64,000 nucleotides of DNA, from positions 2,226 to 66,225 of the forward strand of contig JAZOQG010000003.1 in the NCBI GenBank assembly GCA_045656005.1, in the 5' to 3' direction. The notes beneath the pieces are model-generated. The model searched no databases. It was given only the letters and a program-made list of their open reading frames with translations, and had not been told where the DNA came from. The first letter of the stretch is position 1, and each line of letters starts with the position of its first letter. The position numbers and the translations under genes were made by a program. Positions 39,408 through 48,140 of the stretch are shown here, in pieces. Source of the stretch: Clostridia bacterium (GTDB taxonomy: Bacteria; Bacillota; Clostridia; UMGS1883; UMGS1540).

Positions 39408-40322
39408 ATTTGTATTTTAGTACCAAATTATTATAAAAAATTTAAGTGTATTGCAGACAAATGCAATCACAGCTGTTGCATAGGTTGGGAAATTGACATT
39501 GACGAGAAAAGCATGTGCCGATATAAAAGCCTTGATGGAGAAAATGGGAATTGGGTGAGAGATAAAATTTCAAAAGACGAAGTTCCTCATTTTATTCTTT
39601 ACGAAAAGGAGAGGTGTCCTTTTTTAAATGACGATGGACTTTGTGACATGATTTTAAGGCTTGGTGAAAATGCTCTTTGCAACATCTGTGCCGACCATCC
39701 GAGGTTTCGTAATTTTTATTCTTCTTTTACGGAAATGGGAATAGGAATTTGCTGCGAAGAGGCGGCAAGAGTGATTTTAAATTCAGATGAGCCTTTTTCG
39801 CTGGAAGTTTTTAAAGGGGACGAAAATATAGAGATTGATGAAGAGGAAGAATATTATTTAAACCTTCGTGAACAGATTTTTGACATTCTCTGCGAGAAAA
39901 ATATAAGCATTTTACAGAGATTTGAGTTACTTTCAGAAAAATTCGGCTTTAAATTTTCAGATTTTTCTCTTTATGAGCTTTGCGAAAAATATATTTCTCT
40001 TGAAAGACTTTGTGGAGATTGGGGAGATATACTTAAAAAAGCAAAAAAACATGTTTTTAATTTTAAAATATTTGAAAAGGAAGAATTTCAAAAGCCGTTT
40101 GAAAATTTAGCGTGCTACTTTGTTTTCAGACATTTTTGTGATGCAATGTGGGACGGAGAGATAAAGACGAGAGTAAAATTTATTCTTGCTGGCTGTTTTA
40201 TGATTGGAGCTTTATGTTCCGCCTTGGGAGAAGATATAGAAGAAATTGCACGCATGTATTCTTCTGAAATTGAGTATTCAGAGGAAAATACTGCGGAGCT
40301 TATAGATTTTTTGGGGGACTAA
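39408..40322 (+). CDS. YkgJ/FliB-like CxxCxxCC zinc/iron-chelating domain protein. Annotated start is a non-canonical ATT, and the canonical ATG at 39513 would truncate the Cys motif.
   Basis: In-frame upstream of ATG 39513 the sequence encodes FKCIADKCNHSCCIGWEIDID (a C-x4-C-x3-CC motif). The frame is open back to 39402. The only RBS-spaced initiator is ATT at 39408, behind GGGAG at 39393-39397. Confidence 0.5.
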   Translation: MCILVPNYYKKFKCIADKCNHSCCIGWEIDIDEKSMCRYKSLDGENGNWVRDKISKDEVPHFILYEKERCPFLNDDGLCDMILRLGENALCNICADHPRFRNFYSSFTEMGIGICCEEAARVILNSDEPFSLEVFKGDENIEIDEEEEYYLNLREQIFDILCEKNISILQRFELLSEKFGFKFSDFSLYELCEKYISLERLCGDWGDILKKAKKHVFNFKIFEKEEFQKPFENLACYFVFRHFCDAMWDGEIKTRVKFILAGCFMIGALCSALGEDIEEIARMYSSEIEYSEENTAELIDFLGD

Positions 40323-40323
40323 G

Positions 40324-40494
40324 ATGGAAACAAAATATTACACACTTACAAAAATAGAAGGGGAATATGCTTATCTTACCGACAAGGAAAGCGGAAACGA
40401 GGTTTTTATTGCCCTGGCGCTTTTGCCTGAGGGCGCGGACATAGGAACTAATTTAAAATATGAAATGATGGAATACACAATAGAGGGAGAGTAA
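40324..40494 (+). CDS. Small hypothetical protein (57 aa), translationally coupled to the downstream EamA transporter
   Basis: ATG at 40324, two nt after the upstream stop. It ends at TAA 40492-40494, two nt before the EamA ATG. Below the 60-aa cut-off of the ORF track. Confidence 0.4.
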   Translation: METKYYTLTKIEGEYAYLTDKESGNEVFIALALLPEGADIGTNLKYEMMEYTIEGE

Positions 40495-40496
40495 AA

Positions 40497-41411
40497 ATGA
40501 AAAACAAATTACTTACAAACACATTTATGGTAGGGCTTATAGCTATATTTTGTTGTGCTCTTTGGGGAAGTGCAACGCCGTTTATTAAAATAGGGTATCA
40601 GCTCATACTTCCGCAGAAAAATGTGCCGTCAACAATTTTGTTTGCAGGAATAAGATTTATGTTTGCAGGAATTATTACCGTTCTGATTTACAGTATCGGC
40701 AGACGTAAATTTTTATACCCCAAAAAAGAAAATTTTGGAAAGGTACTTCATGTAAGTGCTTTCCAGACCATACTGCAGTACATATTCTTTTATGTTGGAC
40801 TTTCAAACACATCAGGTGTGAAAGGAACAATTTTAAGCGGAACAAGTGCATTTTTTGCACTTATTATTGCAAGTGTTATATTCAAACAGGAAAAACTTAC
40901 ATTCCGCAAAATATTTGGTTGCATTCTGGGATTTGCAGGTATAATTTTAATAAATCTTGACGGGCTTGAGTTTACTATGAATTTCACAGGTGACTGCTTT
41001 GTGTTATTTTCTGCTGTGGCACTTGCGTTTTCCTCGGTGCTTATGAAAAAGTATTCAAAGGACGAAGACCCTGTTGTGATAAGCGGGTATCAGTTTATTA
41101 TCGGCGGAATAGTAATGATAATTGTGGGTCTCTTATTCGGCGGAGTTATAAAAATTGAAAGCGGGAAAGCTATGGCTGTGCTTACATATCTTTCGTTTTT
41201 ATCGGCAGTTGCATATGCGCTTTGGGGAATGCTTTTAAAACACAACAACGTGTCAAAGGTTACAATTTATAATTTTATGACACCTGTATCGGGAGTTATC
41301 CTTTCAAATTTACTCCTTACGGAGCAAAGCGGTGTTTCTGCACTTAATATTCTTTTAACTTTGGTGCTCGTTTGCTCGGGAATAATACTCCTTAATTACA
41401 AAAAAGAGTAA
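40497..41411 (+). CDS. DMT-superfamily transporter (two EamA domains)
   Basis: Ten predicted TM helices arranged as a duplicated EamA domain. Confidence 0.7.
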   Translation: MKNKLLTNTFMVGLIAIFCCALWGSATPFIKIGYQLILPQKNVPSTILFAGIRFMFAGIITVLIYSIGRRKFLYPKKENFGKVLHVSAFQTILQYIFFYVGLSNTSGVKGTILSGTSAFFALIIASVIFKQEKLTFRKIFGCILGFAGIILINLDGLEFTMNFTGDCFVLFSAVALAFSSVLMKKYSKDEDPVVISGYQFIIGGIVMIIVGLLFGGVIKIESGKAMAVLTYLSFLSAVAYALWGMLLKHNNVSKVTIYNFMTPVSGVILSNLLLTEQSGVSALNILLTLVLVCSGIILLNYKKE

Positions 41412-41418
41412 AAAACTC

Positions 41419-41447
41419 TTGACAAAAAGAGGAAATGCCTTTATAAT
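41419..41447 (+). promoter_or_regulatory. Sigma-A promoter TTGACA-17-TATAAT for rpsF-ssb-rpsR
   Basis: ttgaca 41419-41424, 17-nt spacer, tataat 41442-41447. Confidence 0.55.
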
Positions 41448-41461
41448 AGATAAGTATCCTT

Positions 41462-41479
41462 GCTCTGCACGGGCAGAGC
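41462..41479 (+). promoter_or_regulatory. rpsF leader hairpin (candidate S6:S18 autoregulatory element)
   Basis: gctctgc-acgg-gcagagc, a 7-bp perfect stem between the promoter and the RBS. Confidence 0.4.
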
Positions 41480-41505
41480 CATTAGTCCAAAAGGAGGTGT
41501 AAATA

Positions 41506-41793
41506 ATGAACAAGTACGAAACAATCTTTGTCCTTGACAGTGCCCTTTCCGAAGAAGAAATTACAGCTTTGCAGGAAAAATTTACAAACCTTATCTCCAA
41601 GGCGGGCGAAATTGAGAGCGTAGATGTATGGGGAAAACGCCGTTTGGCTTATCCTATCAACTACAAGACAGAAGGTTACTACGTATTGGTAAACTTCAAA
41701 AGTCAGCCTGATTTCCCGAAGGAGCTTGAGCGTGTTTACGGCATAACAGAAGGCGTTTTGCGCACAATTGTTGTTCGCCGTGATGAAGAGTAA
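41506..41793 (+). CDS. rpsF: 30S ribosomal protein S6
   Basis: MNKYETIFVL...GKRRLAYPINY is the S6 signature. 95 aa. Confidence 0.9.
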   Translation: MNKYETIFVLDSALSEEEITALQEKFTNLISKAGEIESVDVWGKRRLAYPINYKTEGYYVLVNFKSQPDFPKELERVYGITEGVLRTIVVRRDEE

Positions 41794-41810
41794 TGGAGGT
41801 TTGAGAAATT

Positions 41811-42239
41811 ATGCTTAATAAAGCAATCCTTGTTGGAAGACTTACTCGTGATCCCGAGCTTAAGTCAACAACCAACGGCACTTCTGTATTAAACTTCACG
41901 GTAGCCATTACAAGAAAGTATAAAGACGCAAACGGCGAAAGACAGAGCGATTTTATAAATTGCGTGGCTTTCCGTCAGACTGCTGAATTTATTAACAATT
42001 ACTTTAAAAAAGGTAATATGATTTCTATTGATGGCACAATTCAGACCCGTACATGGGATGACAATGAGGGTAAACGTCACTACGTTACCGAGGTTATGGT
42101 AAATGATGCAGGATTTATCGAAAGCAAAAGAGAAATGGATGCAGGCGGTGCTCCGGCACGTGAGGCTGCAACAGATACTCTGCCTGATATGCCCGCAGAA
42201 TTTTCTGCCGATGTAACTGATGACGATTTGCCGTTCTAA
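41811..42239 (+). CDS. ssb: Single-stranded DNA-binding protein
   Basis: OB-fold N-terminus [16 protein letters not shown] and an acidic C-terminal tail DDDLPF. Confidence 0.9.
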   Translation: MLNKAILVGRLTRDPELKSTTNGTSVLNFTVAITRKYKDANGERQSDFINCVAFRQTAEFINNYFKKGNMISIDGTIQTRTWDDNEGKRHYVTEVMVNDAGFIESKREMDAGGAPAREAATDTLPDMPAEFSADVTDDDLPF

Positions 42240-42265
42240 AATTTTTGAAAGGAGCGAGTCAATCA

Positions 42266-42513
42266 TGGAAAAGGAAAAGAATGAAAGAACTTTCCGCGCA
42301 AGAAAGGCAAAGAAAAAAGTTTGTGCTTTCTGTGCAGATAAAGTTGAACATATCGATTACAAAGATGTTGCACGTCTTCGTCGCTATATTTCAGAAAGAG
42401 GAAAGATTTTACCTCGTCGTATAACAGGAACATGTGCAAAACATCAGCGTCAGTTGACACTCGAAATCAAAAGAGCTCGTCACATCGCACTTCTTCCTTA
42501 CTCATCTGAGTAG
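42266..42513 (+). CDS. rpsR: 30S ribosomal protein S18
   Basis: CAFC, IDYKDV...[18 protein letters not shown]...KHQRQL. Start ATG 42266 behind the RBS AAAGGAG. Confidence 0.9.
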
Positions 42514-42527
42514 GATTTAACTAATTC

Positions 42528-42570
42528 CAATGAAAAGCAGGGTGTAAAAAAGAGTTTTTTTACACCCTCT
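42528..42570 (+). terminator. Rho-independent terminator after rpsR
   Basis: ggtgtaaaaaa-gag-tttttttacacc. Confidence 0.6.
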
Positions 42571-42629
42571 TGTTTATTACGTTTCTTGCCCTTTGTGGTC
42601 TGGACTTTTTTACATTCCATTATGAGTTT

Positions 42630-42704
42630 GTCTCGGTGGTCTAATGGATAAGATAGGGGATTCCGGTTCCTCTGATACGGGTTCGATTCCTGTCCGGGAC
42701 GCCA
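42630..42704 (+). tRNA. tRNA-Arg (anticodon CCG)
   Basis: Manual cloverleaf: acceptor GTCTCGG/CCGGGAC, D-arm, anticodon stem GGGGA/TCCTC with loop TTCCGGT (CCG), T-arm ACGGG-TTCGATT-CCTGT, 3' GCCA. Confidence 0.75.
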
Positions 42705-42705
42705 G

Positions 42706-42744
42706 AAAATAGCGTAGATTCCATCAAAATCTACGCTATTTTCA
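42706..42744. terminator. Bidirectional terminator after tRNA-Arg
   Basis: aaaatagcgtagat-tccatcaaa-atctacgctatttt (12-bp perfect stem). Confidence 0.6.
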
Positions 42745-42817
42745 ACGAAGTTGATATTTCACTAAAAATAATTTAAATCCATAAAAAAGCACCAAACATA
42801 CTTTTGTATATCTGGTG

Positions 42818-43018
42818 TCATTCTTTTTCAAATTTAATAATATCTTCAACGTTACAATCTAAAACATAGCAAAGAGCATCCAAGGTTTTGGTGCTGATTG
42901 CTTCACCTTTTTTAATTCTGTGAATTGTATTGGCAGAAAAACCTTGTTTAAATATCAGGTAATATTCAGTTAATCCTTTTTTAAATAGTGTGTTGTAGAA
43001 AGGTTTATAACTAATCAT
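42818..43018 (-). CDS. XRE-family (Cro/CI-type HTH) transcriptional regulator, about 66 aa
   Basis: MISYKPFYNTLFKKGLTEYYLIFKQGFSANTIHRIKKGEAISTKTLDALCYVLDCNVEDII is an HTH_XRE domain. The upstream Met codons are probably not used. Confidence 0.65.
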   Translation of the reverse strand: MISYKPFYNTLFKKGLTEYYLIFKQGFSANTIHRIKKGEAISTKTLDALCYVLDCNVEDIIKFEKE

Positions 43019-43054
43019 TTCCATCACCAACATAATTTTATCATACTTAAAGTA

Positions 43055-43083
43055 TTGACAATACTCAAAATATTGAGTATAAT
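43055..43083 (+). promoter_or_regulatory. Perfect consensus sigma-A promoter TTGACA-17-TATAAT with a 20-bp palindromic operator in the spacer
   Basis: ttgaca 43055-43060. Palindrome ATACTCAAAATATTGAGTAT at 43061-43080 (one mismatch). tataat 43078-43083. Confidence 0.6.
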
Positions 43084-43152
43084 TATTGTGCGGAATTGGT
43101 ATAAATAATACCTGTAATTTACATAACAACGTTCAGAATAAGCGGGGAAAAA

Positions 43153-43725
43153 ATGAGAACATTATTAGTATTGACAACAATTATAACAATATTATTTGTA
43201 GTTATTATATTAAAACTTTTGTTAAAAATTCGTATTCTTACTGAAAAAAATAAATATGTTGATGAAGCAAATATGTGGCACAAACTTGCGGTCACAGATG
43301 ATTTAACGGGAGTTTATAATAGGAATGCATACAATTTGTATATTGATAAAAATATGAAAAACATTCAAAAAAAATCAAGAGGGATTATTCTTTTTGATAT
43401 TGATGATTTTAAAATGATTAATGATACAAAAGGGCACTTGGCGGGAGATGAAGTGCTGAAGAATGTTGCAAAAAATCTTTTAAAGGTTTTTCCTGAACCC
43501 GAACATAGAGTCTTTCGGATAGGGGGAGATGAATTTTCAGTTTTAACTGAAGGTATTTCTGAAAATGAAATTATAAGACGTTTAATTCGCTTAAAAAAGT
43601 ATCTTGCTATTGATGGTAATATAGGCTTATCAAAAGGCTATTCAATTATTAAAAATACTCCTGAAGAAGCGTTTGAGTTTGCAGATGAGATGCTTTATGC
43701 AGATAAGCTATCTAAAAAACCTTGA
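43153..43725 (+). CDS. Minimal membrane-anchored diguanylate cyclase (single TM + GGDEF domain)
   Basis: N-terminal TM LLVLTTIITILFVVIILKLLL, then DDLTGVYNR and the active-site motif RIGGDEF. 190 aa. Confidence 0.75.
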   Translation: MRTLLVLTTIITILFVVIILKLLLKIRILTEKNKYVDEANMWHKLAVTDDLTGVYNRNAYNLYIDKNMKNIQKKSRGIILFDIDDFKMINDTKGHLAGDEVLKNVAKNLLKVFPEPEHRVFRIGGDEFSVLTEGISENEIIRRLIRLKKYLAIDGNIGLSKGYSIIKNTPEEAFEFADEMLYADKLSKKP

Positions 43726-43750
43726 CAAAACCTTCAAAAACTTTTATAAT
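43722..43750 (+). promoter_or_regulatory. Perfect consensus TTGACA-17-TATAAT promoter for glnA
   Basis: ttgaca 43722-43727 (overlapping the stop of the upstream gene), 17-nt spacer, tataat 43745-43750. Confidence 0.55.
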
Positions 43751-43779
43751 TTAACTATGATTTTTATTGGAGGTAGAAT

Positions 43780-45204
43780 ATGGGAAAAACAGTTAAGGAT
43801 ATTTTAAACTTAATCAGCAAAAACAACATTAAAATGGTGGATTTTAAAATGGTTGACATTAACGGTCAGTTCCGCCATGTAACAATTCCTGCAGGGAATT
43901 TTTCCGAAGAAGTTATGAAAAACGGAATAGGGTTTGACGCTTCAAACTATGGTTATGCTGTTGTTGAAAAAAGCGACATGGTATTTATTCCTGACCCTGA
44001 CACCGCTATTATTGACCCATTTTGCCAGATACCCACTTTATCAATGACAGGTAATGCAATGATTATTGATAAACCTGAAAACCGTCCTTTAGCACAGTAT
44101 CCAAGAAACATTGTGCTTTCAGCAGAGAAATATATGAGAGATATGGGCATTGCAGACAAAATGCTTATTCTCCCTGAATTTGAATTTTATCTTTTTGATG
44201 AAGTTTCGTGGGATGTAGCTCCAAACAGCATAGGCTTTAATGTTGATGCCGTTCAGGCGCACTGGAACAGCGGATGCGAGGGAAGCGGTCTTGTTGTTGA
44301 AAAGCAGAAAAACTACCACATTGCAAAGCCTTTTGACGTTTCTTATGAAGCAAGAAGCGAAATGTGCATGCTTATGGAAGAGATGGGCATAAAGCTTAAC
44401 TACCACCATCCTGAAGTTGGTGCGGCAGGTCAGTTTGAAATTGAGCCTCATCTTGGCGAAATGTCAAAAATGGCTGACGCTACAATGATGATTAAATATA
44501 TAATCCACAACACTGCAAGAAAATATGGTCTTTCCGCAACATTTATGCCAAAGCCTGTAATGGGTGAGGCGGGAAGCGGTATGCACGTTCATATGCAGCT
44601 TTTCAAAGACGGCAAGCCCGTGTTCTCCGATGACGCAGGATATGCAGGTTTAAGCCGAGATGCACACTACTTTATGGGCGGACTTTTAAAACACATTTCC
44701 TCCCTTTGTGCACTTACAAATCCAAGCACAAACTCCTTCAAACGTCTTGTTCCAGGATTTGAAGCACCTGTTACAGTTGGTTATGCAACTTCAAACCGCA
44801 GTGCGGTAATTCGTATTCCTGCTTATGCAAAGGATGAAAATTTAAGACGTTTCGAGCTCAGAAATCCTGATGCTACATGTAACCCATATTTCTGCTATGC
44901 TGCAATACTTATGGCAGGACTTGACGGTATCAAAAATAAAATAGACCCGCATGAAAACGGTTGGGGACCTTACGACTTTAACCTTTACAAGTTAAGCGAT
45001 GAGGAAAAGGCAAAGTTAAGCCACTTGCCCACTTCACTCGATGAAGCACTCACTGCCCTTGAAAATGACCATGATTATCTCACGGCGGGCGGTGTATTCC
45101 CAGAGGAAATGCTTACTAAATTTATTGAAACAAAGAGAGCAGAGTGCAGAGCTTTGTCGGCAATTCCGCATCCTGCTGAATTTGATAAGTATTATAATTT
45201 ATAA
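43780..45204 (+). CDS. glnA: Glutamine synthetase (type I-like, 474 aa)
   Basis: Gln-synt N and C domain motifs, including the ATP-binding region (KPVMGEAGSGMHVHMQL) and the NPY...GLDG region. Confidence 0.8.
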   Translation: MGKTVKDILNLISKNNIKMVDFKMVDINGQFRHVTIPAGNFSEEVMKNGIGFDASNYGYAVVEKSDMVFIPDPDTAIIDPFCQIPTLSMTGNAMIIDKPENRPLAQYPRNIVLSAEKYMRDMGIADKMLILPEFEFYLFDEVSWDVAPNSIGFNVDAVQAHWNSGCEGSGLVVEKQKNYHIAKPFDVSYEARSEMCMLMEEMGIKLNYHHPEVGAAGQFEIEPHLGEMSKMADATMMIKYIIHNTARKYGLSATFMPKPVMGEAGSGMHVHMQLFKDGKPVFSDDAGYAGLSRDAHYFMGGLLKHISSLCALTNPSTNSFKRLVPGFEAPVTVGYATSNRSAVIRIPAYAKDENLRRFELRNPDATCNPYFCYAAILMAGLDGIKNKIDPHENGWGPYDFNLYKLSDEEKAKLSHLPTSLDEALTALENDHDYLTAGGVFPEEMLTKFIETKRAECRALSAIPHPAEFDKYYNL

Positions 45205-45217
45205 TTTGGCTTTTTAT

Positions 45218-45250
45218 GGGCTGTGACAAAAATTGTCACAGCCCATTTTT
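45218..45250. terminator. Bidirectional terminator
   Basis: gggctgtgacaa-aaa-ttgtcacagccc, a perfect 12-bp stem. Confidence 0.6.
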
Positions 45251-45252
45251 AA

Positions 45253-45675
45253 TTACTGTTCATGAGAACATCCTGCAACACAAAGTGTTAAACATGCAGT
45301 TTCAGAAATTGTAAGTGAAAGGAAGAAAAGGAGAGCACCGGTTATAATTGCGCCTATTATGCTTGTAGCTGCAAATGTTATAGCAAGAAGAATTACGGAT
45401 GCTAAAGCTGTTCCGAGTATTCCCAAAAGAAGGGCGGGAAGAACATCGCAAATGCATCTTCGCACATCATAGCCTCTCACAAGAGCACTCGTAAGAAGCA
45501 CTACGGCAAGGTAAACCAAAGCAATACCCAACGTTACCCACAAAAATGCAGGGGTTACTGTTATTACAGCAGTTATTGTTAAAAATGCCGTAATGATACC
45601 TATAATAAGTGATGCTATAACTGCCAAAGCTGTGCAACCATTATTGCATCGGCAACTGCAATTAAAGTTTGACAT
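45253..45675 (-). CDS. Hypothetical Cys-rich polytopic membrane protein (140 aa)
   Basis: N-terminus MSNFNCSCRCNNGC, four hydrophobic helices, C-terminus ACLTLCVAGCSHEQ. Confidence 0.4.
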   Translation of the reverse strand: MSNFNCSCRCNNGCTALAVIASLIIGIITAFLTITAVITVTPAFLWVTLGIALVYLAVVLLTSALVRGYDVRRCICDVLPALLLGILGTALASVILLAITFAATSIIGAIITGALLFFLSLTISETACLTLCVAGCSHEQ

Positions 45676-45819
45676 TAATAAATCACCTCCATACCCAATA
45701 TATGCTTAAATTTCATTTTAGTGCATTTATGAGGTTATGAATGGTTTCTGTTCCTTATATTACATTTGATTTAATAATGCTAACATGTTATTATAAATGT
45801 ATGGAAAGGAGAAATCACT

Positions 45820-46425
45820 ATGAAAAAAACAATTAAAAATGCAATTATAATTACTGTGGCGGGAGCGGCTTTGTCTGCAAATGTGGTGGCGGCAAGCCAC
45901 AAGGTATCAAAAGGAGATACCATGTGGAAGATTGCCATGAAATATCAGGTTGGTGTCAGCGAGCTTATAAGTGCAAATCCGCAGATAGAAAATTTTGATT
46001 TGATATATCCCGGTCAGATGATTAATATTCCCTCTGTAAGCTCTGATGTGCAAAAATATGAAAAAGAGGTTATAAGGCTGGTAAATGAAATAAGACGCGA
46101 AAATGGACTTTCGGCACTTTCGGAAAATTGGGAGCTTAGTCGCGTGGCAAGATATAAGTCACAGGACATGAAAGACAACAATTACTTTTCTCACACATCT
46201 CCTACATACGGCTCGCCGTTTAAAATGATTAAAGATTTTGGCATTTCGTATAAAAGTGCAGGGGAAAATATTGCAAAAGGATATAAAACACCTCAGGCGG
46301 TTGTAAATTCGTGGATGAATTCATCAGGACACAGAGCGAACATTTTGAATTCGTCATACAATACCATAGGTGTCGGATATGTGGCAAGCGGAAACTATTG
46401 GACACAAATGTTTATAAAAAAATAA
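45820..46425 (+). CDS. LysM + CAP/SCP (YkwD-like) domain secreted protein
   Basis: Signal peptide, LysM (HKVSKGDTMWKIAMKYQVGVSELISANP), then CAP-domain motifs (GHRANILNSSYNTIGVGY). Confidence 0.65.
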   Translation: MKKTIKNAIIITVAGAALSANVVAASHKVSKGDTMWKIAMKYQVGVSELISANPQIENFDLIYPGQMINIPSVSSDVQKYEKEVIRLVNEIRRENGLSALSENWELSRVARYKSQDMKDNNYFSHTSPTYGSPFKMIKDFGISYKSAGENIAKGYKTPQAVVNSWMNSSGHRANILNSSYNTIGVGYVASGNYWTQMFIKK

Positions 46426-46468
46426 AAATAAATCCCGCAATACGCGGGATTTATTTTTATTTATACTA

Positions 46469-47152
46469 TTATCTGTTTAAGATAAGCTTTGTAAGTTCAA
46501 CGGGTTCAACAATTTTACCGTCTTTATAAACACGCATGTTACCTGATGCAATTTCGTCAATCAAGATAACTTCACCGTTATTATAACCGAATTCGAATTT
46601 GATATCCCAAAGGTCAAGACCGATTGATTTTAAGTCATCAGCAACAATTTTTGTAATTTTAAGTGTCTGCTCTTTCATGCTTTCAAAAAGCTCGGGAGAC
46701 ATAACACCAAGAGCTGCAAGACCTTCACCTGTTACGAGGGGATCGCCCTTTTCGTCATTTTTAAATGTACATTCAACGTATCCGCCTTCAAGGGGAGTTC
46801 CATCTTCAATGTATTCACCATATCTGCGGATAAAGCTTCCTGTTGCAACAAGACGGCAGATAACTTCAAGACCATGTCCGAATACTTTGCCCGGCAAAAC
46901 TTCCATTGTTGCATTTTCAACATCCGCACTTACATAGTGAGTTTTAATTCCTGCTTTTTTGAGAAGCTCGAAATAGAGAACGGAAGTTTCGAGGTTTGCT
47001 TTTCCTATACCTTCGATTGTAAGACCAACGCTGTTTTCACCGGGATCGAAAACGCCGTCTTTTCCTGTGCAGTCATCTTTGAATTTAAGCAATACGTTTC
47101 CGTTTTCAAGTGAATAAACGTCTTTTGTTTTTCCTTCGTAAATCTTCTTCAT
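46469..47152 (-). CDS. purC: Phosphoribosylaminoimidazole-succinocarboxamide synthase
   Basis: [14 protein letters not shown]-terminus, LIDEI.SGN motif, 227 aa. Confidence 0.85.
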   Translation of the reverse strand: MKKIYEGKTKDVYSLENGNVLLKFKDDCTGKDGVFDPGENSVGLTIEGIGKANLETSVLYFELLKKAGIKTHYVSADVENATMEVLPGKVFGHGLEVICRLVATGSFIRRYGEYIEDGTPLEGGYVECTFKNDEKGDPLVTGEGLAALGVMSPELFESMKEQTLKITKIVADDLKSIGLDLWDIKFEFGYNNGEVILIDEIASGNMRVYKDGKIVEPVELTKLILNR

Positions 47153-47387
47153 TTACAGCACTCCTTTTAAATCTAATAGAAATATTTTACCACACTTTTT
47201 TTTATATGTATAGTTTTTTTTGAAAAAAATTTTTATTTCTTTAAATTTTAACAAAAAAACATTTATTTTTTGCTCTTCGTATGTTATACTTAAGGCGGGA
47301 GATGAGAGAAATTGAGACTTTTTAAAAAGTTTTGTGTGTTTTGGGATAACTTACTAAATCCAATAGCAGAGGGCAGAATAAGATAAA

Positions 47388-48140
47388 ATGATAAATATTA
47401 TTTATAAAAAAGAAACAAATTCTACGAATACTGATGCCAAAGAGCTTGCAAAAAATGGTGCCTCAGAGGGCACTGTGGTAATCGCCGACAGGCAGACGGC
47501 AGGAAGAGGCAGAGTGGGGAAAAGTTTTTTTTCGCCCGATGCCACAGGTCTTTATTATTCCCTTATTTTAAGACCGCAGTTTTCTCTTGAGGAGATTACC
47601 TTTATAACAAGTGCTGCTGCAGTTTCTGCGGTGCGTGCCATAGAGGGGGTTTTGGGCATAAGATGCGGCATAAAATGGGTTAACGACCTTTATCTTGAAG
47701 GGAAAAAGGTGTGCGGAATTTTATGCGAAGCAACGCCAGATTTCTATGGCGGAGCGGAGTATGTAATTTTAGGGATAGGCATAAACCTTTTGCCGCCCGA
47801 GGGCGGTTTCCCTGAAGACATAAAAAATGTTGCAGGGGCAGTTTTGTCTGAGTGTGAAAATATAAGAGATGTAAAAATGAGTCTTGCAAATAGCATAACT
47901 GAAATATTCTTTGAATATTTCAGGGATTTTGAGAGTCACAGTTTTGTAAAAGAATATCAGAAGTTTTCTGTTATGGACGGAAATCCAATTACGGTTTTGG
48001 GAAATACTCCTTATAATGCAACTGCACTTTTTGTTGATGACGAGTGCAGACTGCATATCAAAAAAGAAAGCGGAGAGCGAGCCGTGCTTTCCTCAGGAGA
48101 AGTAAGCATCAAATTTAATAATCTTTATGAGCCGATATAA
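47388..48140 (+). CDS. birA: Biotin--[acetyl-CoA-carboxylase] ligase (group I, no N-terminal HTH)
   Basis: BPL signature QTAGRGRVGKSFFSP (GRGRxGxxW-type), catalytic-domain region KWVNDLYLEGKKVCGIL, and a C-terminal SH3-like domain. Confidence 0.75.
   Translation: MINIIYKKETNSTNTDAKELAKNGASEGTVVIADRQTAGRGRVGKSFFSPDATGLYYSLILRPQFSLEEITFITSAAAVSAVRAIEGVLGIRCGIKWVNDLYLEGKKVCGILCEATPDFYGGAEYVILGIGINLLPPEGGFPEDIKNVAGAVLSECENIRDVKMSLANSITEIFFEYFRDFESHSFVKEYQKFSVMDGNPITVLGNTPYNATALFVDDECRLHIKKESGERAVLSSGEVSIKFNNLYEPI

Noticed and set aside
47153-47387. Possible purine riboswitch upstream of purC
   Set aside because: The 235-bp divergent intergenic region is AT-rich, but no purine-aptamer junction or loop consensus could be found on the purC strand.
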